Shown one piece after another: positions 1 to 10,808 of a stretch of 64,000 bases of DNA. Position 1 is the stretch's first letter. Every line of letters begins with the position of its first letter. The position numbers were made by a program, and so were the translations under genes. Under the pieces are notes generated by a model that saw nothing but the letters and a program-made list of their open reading frames with translations, was not told where the DNA came from and searched no databases. Origin of the DNA: Alloascoidea hylecoeti (Eukaryota); contig BCKZ01000024.1 of the NCBI GenBank assembly GCA_001600815.1, positions 1 through 64,000 on the forward strand. The letters are read 5' to 3'.

Positions 1-1355
1 TGTTGCATCTTCAGAAGATTCTTCATAAATTTTTAAACGATTAACAAATAATTTTAAAACATAAATATTTGCTAAATTCTCTGTATTAATTTATCATTTA
101 ACCATAATTGATCATTTTCTTCATATATTGAAATATCATTTTTCAAAAGAAATAGGATGTGAATATATAGCAGATGAAATTAGGGAAAATATAATATGTT
201 ATCAATACTTTGTTCACTTGTTCCCTTTAAACGTTTACTCATGGAGTAGTACGTGGAGATTCGGTGATGTGTTTTGTAGTCCTTGATATTGTTGTAATAG
301 ATGGACATTGTATATTTTACACAAATGATTAAATAATTGTAGTTAGTGTCAGGTAATTAAAATATTCTCATTAGTATTATCCCGGAACAAATGTTTAAGG
401 GATGATTCACACCATTATTATTTTTCTCTGCTGCTAATTATATGCCATGAAAATTACTAATAATTCTTTCACATGATGTGTTAATATTATTCACAAATTA
501 TATTAATATATTTTCACAAATCTTACTATTTATAACAATAGCAATTCGTTAATTAAGTTCACACAAATCATTATAAAGTATAATTTATATCTTGTGTTAA
601 CGTTATATTTTGTTACAGATTTGTTTTGCCTATTATTATCTTTACAGATCTGTCTTTTAATAAATAGTACTAAATAATAAACATTAGAATATATAAAGGC
701 TATATAATCCTACTTATAATAAATTTACTGAGAATAGTTTGATTTTAATTTTTCCCAACCTATATTTTTAATATACAAGATTATAGCGCTACACCACATA
801 GTATAAAATGTAAGAAAATTTAAAGCAGTAAACTAAAAAATCTCACAAATAGGACACAAGCATATAGAGCAGTTGATCATGAGCACTCACCTCACCAGAA
901 ATCGAATACTTTCCAACATAATTGTTTAACTACTTCATATTTCATTTATCAAACCTTTTAGCAAGCTCTTATTGTGCACGATAGAAGTATTTTAGATCGG
1001 GTTGGTTTTCTGTTTTCCATCACTTCACTTCAAGACTTCTTCTGGATTGAATGGTGATATACCTGTTATTTTAAAACGAGATGTTATATAAAATAATTTT
1101 AGGTATAACTACGCTTATGATAAATTACAGATGCTTCTTTGAGTAAAATTAACTCAAACATTAAGCATCGCTTTGAATTTACCCGGACTTTACTATAGGT
1201 AAAGGGTTAACCTCACTCTTAGATAATTGTATTACCAACCAACTTCACTCCACTTTTGTTGGAACTTCTTTTCCTGCACCACCTGCTGTTCTATCCAGGT
1301 TTTTCATACTTTTATATACTTTATTTATCTGTTCCGTGCTTCGATCATTTACAAT

Positions 1356-2381
1356 ATGATTCAATCAAATAGTGCTCCAGAAGCAAAATTTAACGGGCCT
1401 GACCTTAATATATCACTTGTTTGTCCCGAATGTAAAGTTTATCCTCCTCAACTTATCGAACGATTCAGCGAAGGAGATGTTGTATGTGCATTATGTGGGC
1501 TTGTTTTAAGTAATCGCGTTGTTGATACACGATCTGAATGGCGTACATTTTCAAATGATGATCAAAACGGTGATGATCCATCTCGTGTTGGAGATGCAGG
1601 AAATCCATTACTTGAAGGTAATCAATTATCAACGATGATTAGTTTTGTTAAAAGTGATTCTAGAATTAGTAGAGATTTAAATCGTGTTCAAAATAAATCA
1701 GGTATGGATAAAAGAGATATTAATTTACAGCAAGCATTTTCAAAAGTATCTCAAATGTGTGAAGGTTATGCATTACCGAAAATTGTTCAAGATGCTTCGA
1801 AAGAAGTTTACAAACTAGTCTATGAAGAAAGATCATTAAAGGGGAAAAGTACTGATAGTATAATGGCAGCCGCTATATTTATTGGATGTCGTCAAGCAGG
1901 TGTTGCTCGTACATTTAAAGAAATTTGGGCGTTAACAAATGTACCAAAAAAGGAAATTGGAAAAGTTTTTAAAATTGTTACAAATATTTTAAATTCAAAA
2001 GATAAAAATCTAAGTATTAGAAATACTCAGGAAACTGTTAAAACAAATACAGATGATTTAATTAGAAGATATTGTTCACATTTAGGTTTACCAACACAAA
2101 TTACAAATGCTGCTGAATATATTGCAACAAAGGCAAATGAAATTGGTATATTAGCTGGTAGATCACCAATTACAATTGCTGCTACAGCAATTTATATGGC
2201 TGGTTCATTATTTAGACAGCAACAACCATTAACTCCTGCTAAAATTGCAGATAGAACTGGGGTTAGTGATGGTACCATTAAAACTAGTTATAAAATGTTA
2301 TTTGAAAGACGAGAAGATTTAGTTGATCCTGAGTGGATAAAAAGTGGGAAAGTTAATCTTGAAACTTTACCAAAATTATAA
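1356..2381 (+). CDS. SUA7: Transcription initiation factor TFIIB
   Basis: Zn ribbon CPEC...CALCG, B-reader EWRTFSND, cyclin repeats (GRSPITIAA). First ATG is at 1356; the ORF track start at 1227 is a TTG. Confidence 0.97.
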   Translation: MIQSNSAPEAKFNGPDLNISLVCPECKVYPPQLIERFSEGDVVCALCGLVLSNRVVDTRSEWRTFSNDDQNGDDPSRVGDAGNPLLEGNQLSTMISFVKSDSRISRDLNRVQNKSGMDKRDINLQQAFSKVSQMCEGYALPKIVQDASKEVYKLVYEERSLKGKSTDSIMAAAIFIGCRQAGVARTFKEIWALTNVPKKEIGKVFKIVTNILNSKDKNLSIRNTQETVKTNTDDLIRRYCSHLGLPTQITNAAEYIATKANEIGILAGRSPITIAATAIYMAGSLFRQQQPLTPAKIADRTGVSDGTIKTSYKMLFERREDLVDPEWIKSGKVNLETLPKL

Positions 2382-2604
2382 TCAATAATTTATTTAATTG
2401 ATTAATTGGTTTGTTTATTTATTGTATATGGCTAGGAATTCGAAGTAGATTTGATAAAATATTAGTTTGAATTATTTATTAGAATTGAAGGTAAAGAAAA
2501 ATTTTATAATATTAATTCTGAAAACTGAAGCTTTTTAAGTACTGTACTTGTCGTATTATACGTAATTGATTCGTAAAATATAAACTAATATAATTTACCA
2601 TGAC

Positions 2605-2857
2605 TGTTGTAACTACTTTTAGTTATAACAGACGAATACAAATAAATTTCAATTCTAATAATCTTTCGATATCACCATTTTTGCACTTGACCAACTATTA
2701 GCTGATAAGTTTTATTAAAAGGGAATATCTATTCTTTATATAGTCTAATTTTTCTTATGCTATTCTAGTATAGCAATCTCGTCAATTTAGTATAGCAATA
2801 GCAACTTTAATGTATTATCCAATTTAATATGTTTGAATTATATCAAATAATACAACA
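2605..2857. mobile_element. Solo LTR (253 bp) with 4-bp target-site duplication TGAC
   Basis: Ends TGTTGTA...TACAACA. TGAC flanks it at 2601-2604 and 2858-2861. A homologous inverted copy lies at 39857-40081. Confidence 0.85.
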
Positions 2858-3025
2858 TGACATAGTTAGTTAAGAAAACGTAACTCAAGTTCAATTCGAG
2901 TTTTATAATATTTTTCGCTGCATAATTGGGGAACTGCTGTATAAGACAAATTGTCAGGTCTACTCTATAATATATTTCATATGACTAACATTGTATACAA
3001 ATATTATGTCCATGATATAAATAAT

Positions 3026-4078
3026 TTACTTAGTCTTTGGCTTTTTACTAAAAAAACTATCAATACTCCCTTTACCAGTTTGTACTTTAACTGTCTTTTT
3101 TGTACTTAATTTTCTTTTTAATGGTTGTTTTGTTATAGTTTTTTTCTTATTTAATATATTTTCCTTTTCTTGAGAAATTAACATTTCTTCCATATGTTTT
3201 CTTGCATTTTCAACATTTTTACGATGTTGTTTTGAATATTTAATAAAAATTTCAAGTTCTTTGAATTGAAAAAGGGATGGTGTTAATAAAGATAAAAATG
3301 TTAATGATGTTTGGGAGAGATATGATGAAAGGATTGAAAATGAAGTTTTTGTATATGATTGATTTATTATTTCTGGAGTTGGGATTAAATTTTCATCTGT
3401 TTTATTTTCACTTGTTGTTTCTGATGTTGTTGATAATAATGGTGTAATTGGTGGTAAGATAAAATTTGTAACTATACTATTTTTTTGTCTATTATTTTGA
3501 AAAAAATTATTAAGGGATTTAATTTTTGAATTTATAAAAGATTGAAATTTTAATTCAGATAATTTATAATATATTTCATTTCCTAAATTTTGAAAATCTG
3601 TAAATGGTTTTAATGATTTTTCAAATAATTTATGAGGAATTATAAGTGCTTCTTTATTTTCAATTAATGATTCATATTTTTCAATAATATCATCAAATGA
3701 TAAAAATCGATCTTTATTATCAATTAAAATATCAAGTATAAGATATATTGGATTAAATGGAGTTAATGTGTAATAAGTTGGATCTTCAATTGCGAATCCA
3801 TTATCCTCATTTTCTTTATCATCAGTCTGATTATCATTTAATGGTTGTAATAAAATACTTTTATATATACCATCACGTATAACATCATTATAAAATAGAG
3901 ATTTTGAATGTGGATTTGATCCATTAATTTTTAAAATTTCATAAAATGAATTTGATGAATATGCAAATCTTGTAAATTGTTTTGATTTTGGATGAGGTAA
4001 TGAGATTAATACTAATTTTGAAGATTCTGAATTTGGAATAATTAGAATCTTGCTGTCTTTTGTTATATTAACTGACAT
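3026..4078 (-). CDS. RNH202: Ribonuclease H2 subunit B
   Basis: N-terminal LPHP motif, TPFNPIY motif, C-terminal PIP-like GSIDSFF. MCB-like ACGCG cluster upstream. Confidence 0.85.
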   Translation of the reverse strand: MSVNITKDSKILIIPNSESSKLVLISLPHPKSKQFTRFAYSSNSFYEILKINGSNPHSKSLFYNDVIRDGIYKSILLQPLNDNQTDDKENEDNGFAIEDPTYYTLTPFNPIYLILDILIDNKDRFLSFDDIIEKYESLIENKEALIIPHKLFEKSLKPFTDFQNLGNEIYYKLSELKFQSFINSKIKSLNNFFQNNRQKNSIVTNFILPPITPLLSTTSETTSENKTDENLIPTPEIINQSYTKTSFSILSSYLSQTSLTFLSLLTPSLFQFKELEIFIKYSKQHRKNVENARKHMEEMLISQEKENILNKKKTITKQPLKRKLSTKKTVKVQTGKGSIDSFFSKKPKTK

Positions 4079-4101
4079 GATATAAATATTGAAAATTCAA
4101 T

Positions 4102-4158
4102 ACGCGACGCGCGTTGGAAGATATGATGATCCGGGTAACCGGCTCTAGCACACGTGAC
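4102..4158. promoter_or_regulatory. Divergent RNH202/ESS1 promoter with MCB-like cluster, Reb1-type site and E-box
   Basis: ACGCGACGCGCGT at 4102-4114, CCGGGTAA at 4131-4138, CACGTGAC near 4151. Confidence 0.6.
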
Positions 4159-4244
4159 ATGATATGGAAAAATTTAAGTGTTTGGGTGTTTTGAAAGAAC
4201 AACAAGAAAGATCATCACAGAGAACAACATCAAATATCGCAAAG

Positions 4245-4795
4245 ATGGTGAGTAAGGAAGTCTTCAATTGTGCCAAGTAGCATACTAACTGGATGAACAG
4301 AGTGGGGAGACCGGATTACCAGCTGGATGGGAAGTGCGTCAATCACGCAGCCGCAAGATTCCATACTTCTTCAACGCCGCCACACGCGAATCTATATGGG
4401 AACCACCGGCCGGAACAGACGAAGATGTGTTGAGAGAGTATCTACACGAGTCAAACAACAAGATCAAGTGCTCGCATTTACTGGTCAAACACGAACAGAG
4501 CCGTAATCCCAAGTCGTGGAAGAGCCCCGAGGGGATTACCCGGACCAAGGAGGAGGCGTACGAGATTTTGAGTGGATACGCTGCTCAGATTCAGTCCGGA
4601 CAGTTTACGTTGGGCGAGCTTGCTTTGAGTGAGAGCGACTGCAGCAGTGCCAAAAGAGGAGGGGATTTGGGATACTTTGGAAAGGGAGATATGCAAAAAG
4701 AATTCGAACGTGCGGCGTTCCGTTTGAAGGTCGGCGATATTTCCGGAATCGTCGAAACCGCCAGTGGCTTACATATCATTGAGCGTACTGCTTAG
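4245..4795 (+). CDS. ESS1: Pin1-type peptidyl-prolyl isomerase (WW + parvulin); exons 4245-4247, 4301-4795
   Basis: ATG|GTGAGT...TACTAAC...CAG intron 4248-4300. WW domain GLPAGWEVRQS...WEPP; HLLVKH and SDCSSAKRGGDLG motifs. Confidence 0.97.
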
Positions 4796-4862
4796 TCATT
4801 TCTACTTCCATTTCCTTCATAATGCAAAAATTTCCTTTCTTTACGTGTAAAAGCAAACTAAA

Positions 4863-7658
4863 ATGTTTGGAAGATGCTGGAACAAATTCCTTCGTCCTTC
4901 AATAGTAAACAAATTCGTACGGCTGCCAAGTAACCTCGTTTCTAGTGTTGTGCCGTATGACACCCGTTCCCTATTTAAACCCCCTCAATCCCGTTTTTGT
5001 TCCTGTTCCTCCTCCTCCTCCTCTTCAATTCTATCTTCTCTTAATATGCCTCGTCAAACTCTTCCAACAAATGTCGTTCCCAAAAACTATGATGTTACCT
5101 TAGAACCGGATTTCACTTCCTTTACCTTTAATGGTAACGTAAAGATCGATCTCCTTGTTGCTCAAGATTCTAACTCAATTGCTGTCAATACTTTGGAAAT
5201 TGAAATCAAAAAGGCTACTGTTACAACTAATTCTGGTTCAATCGATATTCCATCTTCAAATCACTCTTATGATGATGATTCTCAAACAACTACTTTCTCA
5301 CTTGATTCTACTATCCCCGCTGGTTCAAAAATCGTTTTGGATATTGATTTTATTGGTCAATTAAATGATAAAATGGCGGGTTTTTATAGATCTAGTTATA
5401 AAGATGATGATGGAAATCAAAAATGGTTAGCTACTACTCAAATGGAACCAACCGATTGTAGACGTGCTTTCCCATCATTTGATGAACCTGGTTTGAAAGC
5501 AACTTTTGATATTTCTTTAATTGCTGATAAAAATTTAACATGTCTTTCAAATATGGATATTAAAAATACAATTGATTTTTCTTCAACGAAACAAAAAGTT
5601 ATTTTTAATAAAACTCCTTTAATGTCAACTTATTTAGTTGCTTTTATTGTTGGTGAATTATCTTATGTTGAAAATAATGATTTTAGAATTCCTGTAAGAG
5701 TTTACGCAACCCCTGGATTAGAAGTCAAAGGTCATTTTGCAACTGAATTAGCTGCAAAAACATTAAAATTTTTTGAAGATAAATTTGATATTCCATTCCC
5801 ATTACCAAAAATGGATATGGTTGCAATTCATGATTTTAGTGCAGGTGCAATGGAAAATTGGGGTCTTATTACTTATAGAGTTGTTGATTTATTATTAGAT
5901 GAAAATAACGCTTCTTTAACCACAAAACAAAGAGTTGCTGAAGTTGTCCAACATGAATTGGCTCATCAATGGTTTGGTAATTTAGTTACAATGGATTGGT
6001 GGGATGGTTTATGGCTTAATGAAGGTTTTGCAACTTGGATGTCTTGGTTTTCATGTAATGAATTTTATCCAGATTGGAAAGTTTGGGATACTTATGTTAC
6101 TGATAATTTACAATCTGCTTTATCTTTAGATTCTTTAAGATCAAGTCATCCAATTGATGTACCAGTTAAAAGAGCTGATGAAATTAATCAAATTTTTGAT
6201 GCAATTTCTTATTCAAAAGGTAGTGCTGTTTTAAAAATGATTTCAAATTACTTAGGTGAAGATATTTTTATTAAAGGTGTTTCACAATATTTAAAAAAAC
6301 ATAAATATGGTAATACAAAAACTAGTGATTTATGGGATGCACTTTCAAAAGCAAGTGGTAAAGATTTAAGTTTAGTAATGGATATTTGGACAAAAAAAAT
6401 TGGTTTCCCTGTTGTTAATGTTATTGAAAATGAAAGTAAAAATGAAATTACATTAACACAAAATAGATTTTTAGCAACTGGTGATGTTAAACCAGAAGAA
6501 GATGAAACATTGTTTCCAATTTTCTTGTCATTAAAAACTTTAAATAATGAAATTGATGAATCATTAATTTTAAAAGAACGTACAAAAACTATTAAATTAT
6601 CATCAGAAGATTTTAAAAATTTTAAAATTAATGCCAATCAATCAGGATTATATCGTACAAATTATGAAACTTCAAGATGGTCAAAATTATCAAAATCTCC
6701 AAAAGGTTTTTTAACTCAACAAGATAGAGCAGGATTAGTTGCTGATTCAACATCATTAACTATTTCTGGTTATGGATCAATTAATAATGTTTTTGAATTA
6801 GTTAATAATTGGAAAAATGAAGATGAATTTATTGTTTGGGAAGAAATTACTGGTGCAATTGGTCAAGCAAGATTTGCATGGAATTTTCAAGATGATGATA
6901 CTAAAAAAGCATTAAAGAAATATCAATTAAATTTAGTTGGTGATAAATCTGAAGAATTAGGTTATGAATTTAAAGAAAATGATTCATTTTTATTACAACA
7001 ATTAAAATCATTATTATTTGATGCTTCTGTATCAGCAGGTAATGAAAAATTAATCAAAGCAACTAAAGAAATGTTTAACAAATTTATTAATGGTGATCAT
7101 AAAGCAATTCATCCTAATTTAAGAGGTACTGTTTTTAAATCTGTAATTAAAAATGGTGATGAAAAAGAATGGGAACAAGTTTTTAATATTTATTTAAATC
7201 CAAGATCTGCTGATGAAAAAAAATCAGCATTAAGTGCTTTAGGATCAACATTAAATCCAAAATTAATTAAAAAGACTTTAAATTTAAGTTTAAATTCTGA
7301 AATTGTTAAACCACAAGATTTTTATTTACCATTAAGTGGTACAAGATCATCTTCAATTGGTATTGAAATTTTATGGAGTTGGTTTACTGAAAATTTTGAT
7401 GAAATTTATAAAATTTTACCCCCAGGTTTATCAATGTTATCATCTGTTGTTTCAATTTCAACAAGTGGTTATATTACTAAAGATGGGATTAAAGAAATTG
7501 AAGAATTTTTCAAAAATAAAGATACAAAAGGTTATGAAATGGGTTTAGCTCAAAGTTTAGATTCTTTAAAATCAAAAATTCAATGGGTTGAAAGAGATAA
7601 TGAGAAATTAGTTGAATTTTTGAAGAAAGAAGGATTTTTAAATAGTGGAAAGTTGTAA
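4863..7658 (+). CDS. APE2: M1 family zinc aminopeptidase
   Basis: GAMENWG and HELAH...E motifs. R/S-rich N-terminal leader before a second ATG at 5046. Confidence 0.95.
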   Translation: MFGRCWNKFLRPSIVNKFVRLPSNLVSSVVPYDTRSLFKPPQSRFCSCSSSSSSSILSSLNMPRQTLPTNVVPKNYDVTLEPDFTSFTFNGNVKIDLLVAQDSNSIAVNTLEIEIKKATVTTNSGSIDIPSSNHSYDDDSQTTTFSLDSTIPAGSKIVLDIDFIGQLNDKMAGFYRSSYKDDDGNQKWLATTQMEPTDCRRAFPSFDEPGLKATFDISLIADKNLTCLSNMDIKNTIDFSSTKQKVIFNKTPLMSTYLVAFIVGELSYVENNDFRIPVRVYATPGLEVKGHFATELAAKTLKFFEDKFDIPFPLPKMDMVAIHDFSAGAMENWGLITYRVVDLLLDENNASLTTKQRVAEVVQHELAHQWFGNLVTMDWWDGLWLNEGFATWMSWFSCNEFYPDWKVWDTYVTDNLQSALSLDSLRSSHPIDVPVKRADEINQIFDAISYSKGSAVLKMISNYLGEDIFIKGVSQYLKKHKYGNTKTSDLWDALSKASGKDLSLVMDIWTKKIGFPVVNVIENESKNEITLTQNRFLATGDVKPEEDETLFPIFLSLKTLNNEIDESLILKERTKTIKLSSEDFKNFKINANQSGLYRTNYETSRWSKLSKSPKGFLTQQDRAGLVADSTSLTISGYGSINNVFELVNNWKNEDEFIVWEEITGAIGQARFAWNFQDDDTKKALKKYQLNLVGDKSEELGYEFKENDSFLLQQLKSLLFDASVSAGNEKLIKATKEMFNKFINGDHKAIHPNLRGTVFKSVIKNGDEKEWEQVFNIYLNPRSADEKKSALSALGSTLNPKLIKKTLNLSLNSEIVKPQDFYLPLSGTRSSSIGIEILWSWFTENFDEIYKILPPGLSMLSSVVSISTSGYITKDGIKEIEEFFKNKDTKGYEMGLAQSLDSLKSKIQWVERDNEKLVEFLKKEGFLNSGKL

Positions 7659-7865
7659 ATAATTACCACACATAGATGATTAAAATAAATTCGTCTATTT
7701 CGAGAGAGTGTAATTCGTGTACTATATTGTAATCATACTCGTTTAAAAATTGACATGAATGAACATCCGTACATACATACAAGTTACATAAAGTTCACGA
7801 TAATGACGCGTAATTAATAATTAAAAAAATTTCGCGACTTTTTTACAAATATAAACATAAACAAT

Positions 7866-9104
7866 ATGGATTTTGGAGATATAACAGATCCAAGTGATTG
7901 GAAACTAACTAAAACACCATTTTTAACGGATGTTGAGTGTTTTTTACAATGTCATATATGTAAAGAATTTTTAACAGCACCAATGATGACATCTTGTGGT
8001 CATACATTTTGTTCATTATGTATTAGAAGATCCTTAAATAACGAAAGAATTTGTCCAATATGTAGAATGGAACAAGGTGAGGAACAATTAAGAAAAAATG
8101 ATTTGATTGAAGATATTGTTTTTGTTTTTAATAAGAATAGGAAAGTTTTGATGGAGATTGTTAAGAAGGATGATGTGGAAATGGAAACAGAAGAAAAGAA
8201 AGATATAATAACGTATGATGTGGGTACAGAGACAAATGATACGATAGCTTCAAGGACAAAAAGGAAAAGAAATATAACAAATGAAGAATATGTTATAGTT
8301 GAATCAGATGATGATGAACAGTTAGAAGAAGTTAAATCTAAAAAAACAAAAACATCCTCAAAATTCTTTACAAGTAATACAAATGATACAAATGCAAGTA
8401 ATGAAGAAGAGATTGAAAGTGAATGTCCAATATGCGGAGAATTATATCCAATTAGAATATTACAAACAATTCATATTGATAAATGTTTAAGTAATTCAAA
8501 AACACCAATACCATCATCACAGAAAAAACAACAAAGTTCATTTTTTATAAGTCATAAAAGATCACAAAATATAAATATTAATCAATCAAGATTAACAACA
8601 ACAACAAAACACCTAGAAAAAATGAATATTTCAAAAAATAAAAAAAAATTACCAAAAATAACATATTCATTATTTAAAGATTCTAAACTAAAATCAAAAT
8701 TACAAGAATTAAATTTATCAATTATTGGAACAAGATTAGAATTAGAAGAAAGACATTCATATTGGGTTTCATTATGGAATTCAAATCTTGATTCAAAAAA
8801 TCCAATTAATGAAATTGAATTAAAAAATAAATTATATTTATGGGAAAGAGATAAATTAAGAAGTCTTAATCAAAGATTAAAAAAACAAGATGTTAAAAAT
8901 ATTTCTGATAAAGAATGGAAAAAAACTTATGAAGATGATTTTTTAAATCTTGTTGAAAAGGCAAAAAATTCAATTAAAAAATCAACATCTTTGGAAACCG
9001 AATCCGAGGATTTATCAAAATATGAATCAAACAATGAATCAAAAGAAGAATTAAAAGAAAAATCTGAGAATTTATTAAAAAATGAAGATTTATCAAACAA
9101 ATGA
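7866..9104 (+). CDS. RAD18: Post-replication repair E3 ubiquitin ligase
   Basis: RING CHIC...CGHTFCSLC...CPIC, UBZ CPIC...HIDKC, SAP-like region. MCB ACGCGT at 7806. Confidence 0.93.
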   Translation: MDFGDITDPSDWKLTKTPFLTDVECFLQCHICKEFLTAPMMTSCGHTFCSLCIRRSLNNERICPICRMEQGEEQLRKNDLIEDIVFVFNKNRKVLMEIVKKDDVEMETEEKKDIITYDVGTETNDTIASRTKRKRNITNEEYVIVESDDDEQLEEVKSKKTKTSSKFFTSNTNDTNASNEEEIESECPICGELYPIRILQTIHIDKCLSNSKTPIPSSQKKQQSSFFISHKRSQNININQSRLTTTTKHLEKMNISKNKKKLPKITYSLFKDSKLKSKLQELNLSIIGTRLELEERHSYWVSLWNSNLDSKNPINEIELKNKLYLWERDKLRSLNQRLKKQDVKNISDKEWKKTYEDDFLNLVEKAKNSIKKSTSLETESEDLSKYESNNESKEELKEKSENLLKNEDLSNK

Positions 9105-9245
9105 ACATTAATGTATTAAGTAGTGCTATAGATAAGCCATCACACGTGACATAAATTTAATAAACCTACAACCACATAAACGATATTTCTTTTTAAAAAA
9201 CCCTCTTTTTTCATTTCTTATACCAATATTGTAACATTTTTAATA

Positions 9246-10521
9246 ATGAGACATTTAACATTCTTTACTTTTACAATTGGTTTATTACTATTAATTACTG
9301 GGATTTTAGCAGATGAAGATTATTATAAAGTATGTTTTTTGTATATTATTATTATTATGCCACGTCATATGGGTGTTTGCTAACTCTTTTTTTTTTTCAA
9401 TTTATAGTTATTGGGGATAAGAAAAAGTGCAACTGAAAAGGAAATTAAAAAGGCTTATAAACAATTAAGTAGGAAATATCATCCTGATAAGAATCCGTAT
9501 GTTTTATTAAACAAATCATCATTAACTGATAAATTTATAATATTAACAGTTTTTGAAATATTATAGAGGAAGTGAAGAAGCACATCAAAAATTCATTGAA
9601 ATTGCAGCTGCTTATGAAGTTCTTTCAGATAAAGATAAAAGAAAAACATATGATAAGTATGGAGTAGAAGGTATTAAAAGACAAGAACAAGGTGGTGGTC
9701 ATCCAGGAGGTGGTGATCCATTTGATATGTTTTCATCATTTTTTGGTGGTGGTGCTAATGTTAATCAAAGAGGTAAACCAAGAGGAAGAGATGTTCAAGC
9801 AAATTTAGAAGTTACATTAGGTGAATTTTATAAAGGTAATGGATTAGATTTTGGCCTTGAATTACAAGGAATTTGTGAAGAATGTGATGGATCTGGTTCA
9901 AGAGATGGTAAACAACATGAATGTGATTTATGTGGTGGATCTGGTGTTAGACAACAGGTTAGACAATTAGCACCAGGTATGTTTCAAAACATTAGAACAC
10001 ATTGTGAAAAATGTCATGGTACTGGGAACTTAATTACACATAAGTGTCCTGTCTGTAAGGGTGAAAGAGTTGTAAGAGAATCTCGAGATTTTTATGTTTA
10101 TGTTAAACCTGGTACAAGAAGAAATCATGTTCATGTTTTTGAAGGTGATGCTGATCAAAGTCCTGATTATATAGCAGGAGATTTAAGAGTTGGATTATTA
10201 GAATCTGATAAAAACACATTTGGTTATAGAAGAAGAGGAAATGATTTATTTAGAAAACAATTATTATCATTATATGAATCATTATCTGGTGGTTGGGAAC
10301 AAAAAATCCCATTTTTAGATAATGAAACTGAAATTTTATTAACAAGAAAAAAGGGTAAAGTTGTATTTAATGGAGAAATTGAAATTTTAAAAGGTAAAGG
10401 AATGCCTATATATGAGGAAGATAATGATGATCATTCTGGTCGTTATGGAGATCTATATATTGAATATCAAGTGATATCTCCAACAAGTGGTAAAAAGTTA
10501 AATATAAAAGATGAGTTGTGA
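9246..10521 (+). CDS. SCJ1: ER-luminal DnaJ co-chaperone; exons 9246-9329, 9408-9496, 9567-10521
   Basis: Signal peptide, spliced J-domain (DYYK|LLG...HPDKNP), CxxCxGxG repeats, C-terminal KDEL, two GTATGT...TAG introns. Confidence 0.93.
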
Positions 10522-10808
10522 TTTTTTACATTGTTTTTTCAATTGCAATTGTATTTATATAGAATTTTAATATTATAATTTTTTCATACTGGGATATCTG
10601 TAACTGATTGCAATTGTAGCCTTTTGTAGGGCACTGAAAAATCGATATGCAGATGAGACAACAAAAAAATTTAAGTTCCTTTCATTAAAAATTTCTTACA
10701 AAATATAACCGACAACTTCATTAACATTGAAAGAATATTTGATTATCTCTGGCCCTTAATTCAGGCTAGGTTTACATTTATATAAATATACGCAAATTAT
10801 AAAGATAG

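Noticed and set aside
1227..1355. N-terminal extension of TFIIB from a TTG start
   Set aside because: Looks like pyrimidine-rich leader sequence; the ATG at 1356 gives a normal-length protein.
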